Virus record (IMG/VR): IMGVR_UViG_3300033141_002903
Span: 1-51,589 of that record
Source: a virus
Lineage: Duplodnaviria > Caudoviricetes
Strand: one strand, 5' to 3'
Length of the DNA stretch: 51,589 nt
The stretch's first letter is position 1. Each line of letters begins with the position of its first letter. A program made the position numbers and the translations under genes. Shown one piece after another: positions 44,987-51,589 of the stretch. Under the pieces are notes generated by a model, which saw only the letters and a list, made by a program, of their open reading frames with translations, did no database searches and was not told the origin of the DNA.

Positions 44987-46326
44987 TGGGATTTATTAGT
45001 AAAAGTCTTGGTGGTTTTCAGGCAGTTAATCTTGCTAGAAGCGAATCTGCTGGAAGACCTATTGGAATCCCTGTTGGTATAAAAGGAACAGATAGGGTAA
45101 AAAGAGAACTCCTAGAAATGGATTATAGGTTTGACCCAATAACTTTTAATATTATCAATAAACAAATACAACTTATTCTACGTGCTGGATTTAAGATAAA
45201 AGCAAAAAAAGCCAGATGGCAGAAATGGTGGGACTCCTTCTTTGAGGATATAGGATATGTTGGAGAGGAAATAACAAAGGAAGAGCTTGTTGAATATATT
45301 CTTCAAGATATGTTAATGTATGGTAACGCTTTTGTTGAATTAATTTATGATTCTAGTGATAAAAAAGTTGTTGACCTTAAGATTATTCCAGAGAAGAAAA
45401 TGAATTATGCTATGAATAATAATAAAGAGATTGCTGTCGATAGGTATGGAAAGCCAATAGGATATGTTATGACGCTTCCATTTGGCTATTCTGCTGAAGG
45501 TAAGGGTGATGAGATACCGCAAGAATATAAAAGTAAAGTTAGTATTAGTTCAAATGAAGTTTTCTTTTTACCTAAACGCATAGCTCATTTTAAATTACAT
45601 ACTTATGGAGATAGGTTTTATGGAATTGGACTAATAGAACCATCACACCAATCAACACATAGGAAACTTCTGATTGAAGAATCAAGAACAAATGAGATAT
45701 ATACCCGTGGTGCAAACACTATAATTGCTAATGTTGGTGACGAAAATCACGAACCAGATACACAGGAAATTTCAGATGTGCTAGACCAAATAGCAAATTT
45801 TAAGCATAATAGATATTTTAGTTTTCCATACTGGGTAAAATTGATGACTCTTCCAATACAAGAAACAAAAATTGTAGATGATACATTATCATACTTGAAA
45901 TTAAATCAGACTGCAAGTTCTGGTATGCCTATGGCTATGGCTACTGGTGAAGGGGAAACAGCAAATAAGCAAACATTAGAAACTATGCAACTGTCTTTGG
46001 AGTTGAGTTTAGAGCATATTGTAAAGAAATTTTCAAGTTCTTTTAAAAAATATGTTTTGAGAAGAATAGCTATAACAAATAAAATACCAGATATTCCAGA
46101 CATAGTCTTTGGTGATATAATTGCCGAGGAAAAAAATTCAAAGAATGATAGGCTAATGGCTGCTGTTAGAAATGGTGTTTTGGCTCCAGAAGAGGTTAGA
46201 CCATATATTCTTGCTGCGGAGGACCTTGAGGAAAATCAGAAAGCATATGAAGAGTTTAGAAATACAGCTAAGGCAAAGCCAAAAAAAATACCTAGTGCTC
46301 CATTCCCTCAAGAAGACGATAATTAA
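44986..46326 (+). CDS. Portal protein
   Basis: Position; 'YGNAFVEL', 'IAHFK...FYGIGLIEP'. Confidence 0.85.
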   Translation: MGFISKSLGGFQAVNLARSESAGRPIGIPVGIKGTDRVKRELLEMDYRFDPITFNIINKQIQLILRAGFKIKAKKARWQKWWDSFFEDIGYVGEEITKEELVEYILQDMLMYGNAFVELIYDSSDKKVVDLKIIPEKKMNYAMNNNKEIAVDRYGKPIGYVMTLPFGYSAEGKGDEIPQEYKSKVSISSNEVFFLPKRIAHFKLHTYGDRFYGIGLIEPSHQSTHRKLLIEESRTNEIYTRGANTIIANVGDENHEPDTQEISDVLDQIANFKHNRYFSFPYWVKLMTLPIQETKIVDDTLSYLKLNQTASSGMPMAMATGEGETANKQTLETMQLSLELSLEHIVKKFSSSFKKYVLRRIAITNKIPDIPDIVFGDIIAEEKNSKNDRLMAAVRNGVLAPEEVRPYILAAEDLEENQKAYEEFRNTAKAKPKKIPSAPFPQEDDN

Positions 46327-46379
46327 TTTTATCAACTACCCAATAAATTTTTTAGTTAATAAAGATTTATTATAAATTT

Positions 46380-46405
46380 GTAACTATAATAATATTTATA
46401 AACTT
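46380..46405 (+). promoter_or_regulatory. 26-nt late-promoter repeat, copy 2
   Basis: Identical to 44622-44647; TTTATAAA 21 nt before the ATG at 46424. Confidence 0.7.
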
Positions 46406-46423
46406 ATAATTATTATCTCTTTT

Positions 46424-47827
46424 ATGAGAGAAGTTTCATTAGCTATGCAAGAAATTGGAATGGATAGCCCTATTAATGAATTGAAACTACCAGTAATTCT
46501 AAAAAATAAAATTCTTCTTACTCCTGGAAAATGGAATGGATTGGTTTTTACTGAGGAATCAATTAGAGAAGGATATGAATTGACAGACTGGGACAATAAA
46601 GAGAATTATGCATTAATTTATGACCATGACGAGAGGGCAATAAATTGGCTAGGTCACGTTAAGAATGTTAGGTTAGAAAAAGGTAATCTCGTTGGAGATT
46701 TAGAAATATGGGACAGGTCTTTAGCAGAGAAGCTTGTTCTTGCTGGAGCAAAACTTGGAATAAGTGCAAGGGTTCTTGGAATTGAAGACGAACAAGGATT
46801 ATTTCATATTAAAAGATTTGCAAATTTTTCAATAGTGTATGACCCTGCCTGCAAGAATGCTTATATTAATTTATCTGGTCGTGCATTGAATAAAGAATCT
46901 CTTTTGAGATTAAAGCCTGTTGATTTGTCTGTTACTAGTTCCACAGAAGTAAGCGGTGATGAAATAGGTGGTAATGCTAATGAGAAAAAATATTACGGAA
47001 AAAAGAAAAAGAAAAAAGAAGATATGTCTTCTAAAAGATGTCCTCATTGTGGGGAGGAACTTGACGATGAAGATAATGAATTTGATTTTTTAGACGATGA
47101 TGAGGAGTTAAAGCAAATTACAGGAATGGAAAAAGAGAGAAAGAGAAGAAAAATGTCTGTAGATGAATTCTATGCAGTTCCAAGGGACCCACCAAGTAGT
47201 TCTGCATTACCAATATTCGACGAGGCTCATGTAAGGAATGCTATGGCTAGATTCAATCAGACTAAATTTAAGTCATCTGAGGAAAGAGCTAAGGCTAAAA
47301 GGGCAATTATTCGTGCAGCAAAAAAATTCGGTATTAATATAAAAAATTTTGAAAAATTATCATCACAATCACATTCCTCAAATAGGAATATAGAGCTGAA
47401 AGGAGGTAATGATTTAACAGATAACATGGATGAAAACGAGAAAAAAGATGTTGTTGAACAAAACTCTGAAACTGTTGAAGAGAAGACAGATGAACAGCAA
47501 GAAACAAAGGATGAAAGTCCTGAGGAAACTGCTGATGAAAATAAAGAGTCTGTCGAATCAGAAGACAGTGCAGAAGAGTTGAGTTCAAAACTAAATCTCG
47601 TCCTAAGCGAACTCAGAGCTCTCAATGAGAGAATAGCTAAACTTGAGGAATCCAAAGATGAATCACCAAGTGAGGAATCAGAGGAAACCCAAGAGGAAAA
47701 GCTTTCACAGAAGAAAAAAGACGTAAAGTCTTTATCAACTGTTGAAATGCTAAAAGTTCCTAAAGGCTATTCTAAAGGAGACGTAGAGTTTGCTGAAATG
47801 CTGTTGAGTCAAGCAAAATTAAGATGA
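46424..47827 (+). CDS. Prohead protease / DUF6582-like domain / acidic scaffold fusion
   Basis: 'PGKWNG', 'YDH', 'GIS', 'SIVYDPA'; 'LPIFDEAHVRNAMARFNQ'; acidic coiled-coil tail. Confidence 0.8.
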   Translation: MREVSLAMQEIGMDSPINELKLPVILKNKILLTPGKWNGLVFTEESIREGYELTDWDNKENYALIYDHDERAINWLGHVKNVRLEKGNLVGDLEIWDRSLAEKLVLAGAKLGISARVLGIEDEQGLFHIKRFANFSIVYDPACKNAYINLSGRALNKESLLRLKPVDLSVTSSTEVSGDEIGGNANEKKYYGKKKKKKEDMSSKRCPHCGEELDDEDNEFDFLDDDEELKQITGMEKERKRRKMSVDEFYAVPRDPPSSSALPIFDEAHVRNAMARFNQTKFKSSEERAKAKRAIIRAAKKFGINIKNFEKLSSQSHSSNRNIELKGGNDLTDNMDENEKKDVVEQNSETVEEKTDEQQETKDESPEETADENKESVESEDSAEELSSKLNLVLSELRALNERIAKLEESKDESPSEESEETQEEKLSQKKKDVKSLSTVEMLKVPKGYSKGDVEFAEMLLSQAKLR

Positions 47828-48885
47828 GTGAACAAAAGTTTATAGGCTTATCTAATGAGACTCAGGCATCTACTGTGCGAGGTACAGCTATTTCAAATGC
47901 ATATACCAACCACCCTATTTTGTTCGCAGAAGAAGTAATGGATGCTGCAAAGAAAAGATTCTTCTTTGCAAATTTCATTAACATTGTCTATCTTCCACAA
48001 GGTCACCATGACTATATTGTGAAGAAAAGAACAAAATATTTGGGTAGTAGTGGTGTGACATTTGATACAAGTGAAGCTACTTCAAGCGACATTTCAAATA
48101 CTAGTTTAAGTACCCTCACAGGTGTTCAGCTAACTCCAAGTGTAGTTACAGCAAGATTCACTGTTACAAATTATGCGATTAGAACAAACGCATTCAATGT
48201 TGTCAGTGAAGCAAAAGCTGAATTATCCGAAGCAATCGGTGATAGGGTTGATAAGGCAATTGCAACTACAATGGGTGACGCAACAAGTTCTGGAGATACA
48301 ACTCAGGGAGCATTAACCCTTTACGGTGGAGATGCTACTGGTACTGACTCCTTATCAAGTGGCGACATCCTAACTACAGACTTGATTGCTAAGGCTGCAA
48401 GATACCTTAAAGATTCTGATATGTGGTATTGGAACTCAGGTACATTTACTAAGGCTACAAGCAAAAAGAATCCATGGTCAAACACACCAGATGACCCATT
48501 TGTCTTGTTTATTGGACCAGCTCAAGAGATGGCACTTAGGCAAGATTCACAATTTACTAACGCTTCTGAATATGGAGGTAATGAAGTTGTGCAAAATGGG
48601 GAAATTGGTAAGTACCTTGGAATCAGAGTTGTAGTTACAGATAATGTTGAGAGAACAGCATCTGGAAGTACTGCACCTGATGGAAATACTGCTGCTGTTG
48701 ATACAACAAGATGTATCTTATGTAAGCCAAAGAAAGCTGTAACATTGTGTTGGGGACAGGAACCTGTAATTGATATGGCTCCTATCCAATGGAGAAAACA
48801 AACATCAATCGTCCTTGAATGTGCTTACGACATCAAAGTTGTACATGATGATGCTATTGTTTTCCTAGATGTCGCAGACGAGTAA
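47824..48885 (+). CDS. Major capsid protein (HK97 fold)
   Basis: 353 aa directly after the protease; 'GEIGKYLGIRVVVTD'. Confidence 0.88.
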   Translation: MSEQKFIGLSNETQASTVRGTAISNAYTNHPILFAEEVMDAAKKRFFFANFINIVYLPQGHHDYIVKKRTKYLGSSGVTFDTSEATSSDISNTSLSTLTGVQLTPSVVTARFTVTNYAIRTNAFNVVSEAKAELSEAIGDRVDKAIATTMGDATSSGDTTQGALTLYGGDATGTDSLSSGDILTTDLIAKAARYLKDSDMWYWNSGTFTKATSKKNPWSNTPDDPFVLFIGPAQEMALRQDSQFTNASEYGGNEVVQNGEIGKYLGIRVVVTDNVERTASGSTAPDGNTAAVDTTRCILCKPKKAVTLCWGQEPVIDMAPIQWRKQTSIVLECAYDIKVVHDDAIVFLDVADE

Positions 48886-48886
48886 A

Positions 48887-48991
48887 TTTAATTTGTTTTT
48901 TTGATTGTCTTCAATTTGTTTTTTTCAGAAGACGCAAAGCAAATTGAATGTGGGAGACCCTTTTGGGTTGGCTTGGGGGTTACCTCCAAGT
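48887..48991 (+). other. Structured intergenic leader/terminator after the capsid gene
   Basis: GTCTTC/GAAGAC, CAATTTG/CAAATTG, GACCC-TTTT-GGGTT, GCTTGGGGG-TTA-CCTCCAAGT; T-tracts. Confidence 0.5.
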
Positions 48992-49024
48992 AACATTTCA
49001 ATTAAATATAACGGAGAAAAAACC

Positions 49025-49324
49025 ATGGGAAGATATGGATTACACTCGGGTTATGGAAAGTTCCAGAATATCCAGTCTGGTAAAGCCACAGTTACACTGG
49101 ATAGTAACGGTGATGGAACAAAAGCCGTAACTTTCAAAAGAAAGTTCAAAAATATTCCAGCTATAACTGTGAGTGCAGCAACACAAGACGATACCATAAC
49201 TGTTAATTATGGAAATCCAACAGTTAGCGGATTTACAATTCATTGTGATGGTGCTACTGTAACTGGAACAGATATAACTGTGAGTTATATAGCTATGGAT
49301 GACCCAGCTACTGGGTTTGCTTAA
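49025..49324 (+). CDS. H-type-lectin-like small structural/decoration protein
   Basis: 'IQSG...VTFKRKFKNIPAITVS...SGFTI...VSYIA'; GGAG before MGRYG. Confidence 0.65.
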   Translation: MGRYGLHSGYGKFQNIQSGKATVTLDSNGDGTKAVTFKRKFKNIPAITVSAATQDDTITVNYGNPTVSGFTIHCDGATVTGTDITVSYIAMDDPATGFA

Positions 49325-49346
49325 TTAAAATAAGGATTGAAAGAGA

Positions 49347-49643
49347 ATGAGAAAATCTGAACTTAAAACCAAATATAAAAACTTAGTTAGGCAAGGACAT
49401 CTTAGTGAGGCAGAAAAAGTTCTCAATATCCTAAGAGGTTTTTCTAGAGGAATAAAACCTAGTTCAGTTGCTAAAGTTACGAAAAAGAATATTAAGCAAG
49501 AGGATAACGAGAAGGATAAAACCTTCACTAAAGAAGATTTATTGAAACTAAGCTTCTCTGAATTGAAAAAACTTGCTAAGAAGTTTGGGGAAACTGGAAG
49601 AAGCAAGAAAGGACTTATTAGAGACATCCTTAAACATTTATAA
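49347..49643 (+). CDS. Basic protein with a Rho-N/HeH-like C-terminal domain
   Basis: 'FTKEDLLKLSFSELKKLAKKFG...KKGLIRDIL'. Confidence 0.65.
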   Translation: MRKSELKTKYKNLVRQGHLSEAEKVLNILRGFSRGIKPSSVAKVTKKNIKQEDNEKDKTFTKEDLLKLSFSELKKLAKKFGETGRSKKGLIRDILKHL

Positions 49644-49659
49644 TCAGAGGAATTAAAAA

Positions 49660-49836
49660 ATGACTGTAAGCAAAACAACAAAAGGTAGGTATAACATTTA
49701 TACTAGTAGTGCTGCTACTACATCAAATGTTATTTCTGAACTTGTACAGGCTTTAAATGATGACAGTATGCACGCAGTAAGTGTTATCTACTTTAATACA
49801 ACAGACAAGACAGCAGTAGCAGAAGTTGGGAGGTAA
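49660..49836 (+). CDS. Small hypothetical virion-module protein, missed by the ORF track
   Basis: MTVSKTTKG..., 58 aa; GAGG SD; fills the gap in the operon. Confidence 0.6.
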   Translation: MTVSKTTKGRYNIYTSSAATTSNVISELVQALNDDSMHAVSVIYFNTTDKTAVAEVGR

Positions 49837-49838
49837 AA

Positions 49839-50492
49839 ATGGCTCTGACAACTGTTTCAGATGTTCGTCTTATCTCCAATATTACTAGTAGTGAGGTTTC
49901 TGATTCAAATATAACTAGCTTAATATCTCAGGCAACAAAGGAGATTATGAGTAAGATAAATATTAAAGTAATTCGTGAGAGAATAGAGTATATTGATAAT
50001 ACAAGGGAGAATAAGATAGATGGTTCAAATAAAACATATTATGTTAAGAATTGGAAAGGAAAATATATTGGTGATTTAAATTTAGATGGAACAATAGATA
50101 CAGATGATGTCATAGTATATGCTGTTGATTCTGATGGTACAGAGACAAAAGCAACAGTAAGTTCTGTTACATTCGATGAAGGAAAATTTGTTTTGAGTTC
50201 AGCATACAATTCAAGTTACGAATTATATGTTACTTATGCTTACACGTTTATTGACCCATCAACACCAGACCCTTTGTTAGGGTTGGCTACAGCATACTTG
50301 GTTAGTGCATATGCATATCTTAAGAGAGATTCTGGAATTGATGGCTCTGTTAAATTTGGAAACGTTACTATATCTCAAAAATTGAGTGCTTCTTATGGGG
50401 AATATTATAAAAAATATGAAGAAATAATGAGAAAACTTTTATCATATTCTGAATTAAAAGAAAATTGGAGGGAGGCATATGTCCAAATCTAA
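49839..50492 (+). CDS. Head-tail connector/adaptor protein
   Basis: 'TTVSDVR', 'LISQAT', 'VKFGNVTIS'; GGAGG SD; synteny. Confidence 0.65.
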   Translation: MALTTVSDVRLISNITSSEVSDSNITSLISQATKEIMSKINIKVIRERIEYIDNTRENKIDGSNKTYYVKNWKGKYIGDLNLDGTIDTDDVIVYAVDSDGTETKATVSSVTFDEGKFVLSSAYNSSYELYVTYAYTFIDPSTPDPLLGLATAYLVSAYAYLKRDSGIDGSVKFGNVTISQKLSASYGEYYKKYEEIMRKLLSYSELKENWREAYVQI

Positions 50493-50718
50493 TAGTGGTT
50501 GTGCTTATGGTAAGGTTACAAGAACTATTGTTGAAAATATGGTTAATGAATTCAAGGAGTTTAAAACAGACATTAAATCAGAATTCATTACATTGAGAAA
50601 AACCAATGAAGATTTATATAATCATTTATCAAATCGCTTACCACCATGGGCATCAATATTATTTGCTCTAGCAAGCAGTCTCATAACAGGTTTAGCAATA
50701 TACCTTGTTTCAAAATGA
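50479..50718 (+). CDS. Coiled coil plus C-terminal TM protein
   Basis: 'RLPPWASILFALASSLITGLAIYL'. Confidence 0.6.
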   Translation: MSKSNSGCAYGKVTRTIVENMVNEFKEFKTDIKSEFITLRKTNEDLYNHLSNRLPPWASILFALASSLITGLAIYLVSK

Positions 50719-51589
50719 AATACATAGTTTTATTATCTTTTATAGTAATGCTTACAGGATTGGTAGTTGCAACAGACTTCACACCACAAGGAAATATCAA
50801 TTTAAGAGATTATTACAATATAACTGGAGCACAATATGTTAATGCTACAATTTACTATGGTAATGGAAGTCAACTAACAGGAGTAATAGGAAATGCAAAT
50901 AGTTCTGATTATTGGGATGGTCTAGATACTTATAATTCAACCCAAATGGAAAATAATGGAGGAATATTGAGTATTGTTATCTCTTGGTTTGAAAGCAAAT
51001 TTGATAGTCTCTTTAGTGGAAAAACAACAGATGATTTGACAGAAGGTTCAACTAACCTATATGATAATCAAAGTTGGAATGAATCACACGCCAATACCTT
51101 ATACATTCTTCAATCAAGCGAGTCAAATCTAAATGTTAATTCATCTAATTATTGGGACAACTTAAACACTCCAGCAGATATCCTCGGAAGTCAAATAAAT
51201 AATGACCTAAATTGGATAAATGCGACTTATGGGAATGCAACTTATATTTTACAGGCTGATGAATCAAATCTAAATGTCAATTCATCTGATTTCTGGGATG
51301 GTTTAAATTCTCCGAGCGATATTTATATTGGAAATTTAACAGATGATAATACATATGTAAGAGTTGATGGAGATAATATGACAGGTAATTTAGATAATAT
51401 GACAGGTAATTTAACATTGGCAAATGACCCAAGTGATTTATTTCAAGCAGCAACAAAAGGTTATGTAGATATGGCTGTTGCTTCTCTTGGCTCAAGATAT
51501 TACATGATTAATGATTCTTCTGGTATTGCTGATTATAAATTAACACAAACTACTGCATCTTCTGGAGCAGAGCAATCATTTAATAAATC
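50715..51589 (+). CDS. 5' part of a ~634-aa fibre/surface protein that wraps across the origin into 29..1144
   Basis: ATG at 50715 (MKYIVLLSFIVMLTGLVVA, signal-peptide-like); no stop before the end; in frame with the ATG at 51504 (= position 29); internal repeats such as LNVNSSxxWD. Confidence 0.85.
   Translation, partial: MKYIVLLSFIVMLTGLVVATDFTPQGNINLRDYYNITGAQYVNATIYYGNGSQLTGVIGNANSSDYWDGLDTYNSTQMENNGGILSIVISWFESKFDSLFSGKTTDDLTEGSTNLYDNQSWNESHANTLYILQSSESNLNVNSSNYWDNLNTPADILGSQINNDLNWINATYGNATYILQADESNLNVNSSDFWDGLNSPSDIYIGNLTDDNTYVRVDGDNMTGNLDNMTGNLTLANDPSDLFQAATKGYVDMAVASLGSRYYMINDSSGIADYKLTQTTASSGAEQSFNK
51476..51589. repeat. Terminal direct repeat, right copy
   Basis: Identical to 1-114; an ORF reads through the junction in frame. 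Confidence 0.97.

Noticed and set aside
1-51589. Alternative genetic code (stop-codon reassignment)
   Set aside because: Long genes are intact and tightly packed under the standard code.

Overview
The window looks like a complete, circularly permuted genome of a tailed dsDNA virus (Caudoviricetes-like, siphovirus-type). Bases 1-114 repeat at 51476-51589, giving a unit length of about 51,475 bp. The host is probably an archaeon, possibly DPANN-like: there are TTTATAAA boxes about 21-22 nt before start codons, an S-layer-like gene, an Hjc-like resolvase, a DUF2080-like gene, and a tRNA without encoded CCA. The rightward arm (32.3 kb, wrapping to 14.5 kb) carries small early genes, nucleotide-metabolism genes, an intein-containing metallophosphoesterase, terminase, portal, protease, capsid and tail genes. 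The leftward arm (14.6-32.2 kb) carries an S-layer-like protein, an AAA ATPase, DNA-binding regulators, a glycan cluster with an intein-containing GDP-mannose dehydratase, and a tRNA-Met. I recognised no polymerase, helicase, primase or integrase. The most striking feature is at 29146-30374: six back-to-back branched fold-back modules, made up of four perfect four-way junctions and two three-way junctions. They share a junction core (AGT...ATT with a G.T wobble), are mostly capped with cGNAg/cGNNAg loops known to be very stable in DNA, and fold best on the non-coding (+) strand. Three of the four-way junctions carry a whole small gene looped out of one arm. This is a candidate undescribed ssDNA-structure or gene-cassette system. 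All product calls come from reading motifs by eye; no database searches were run.
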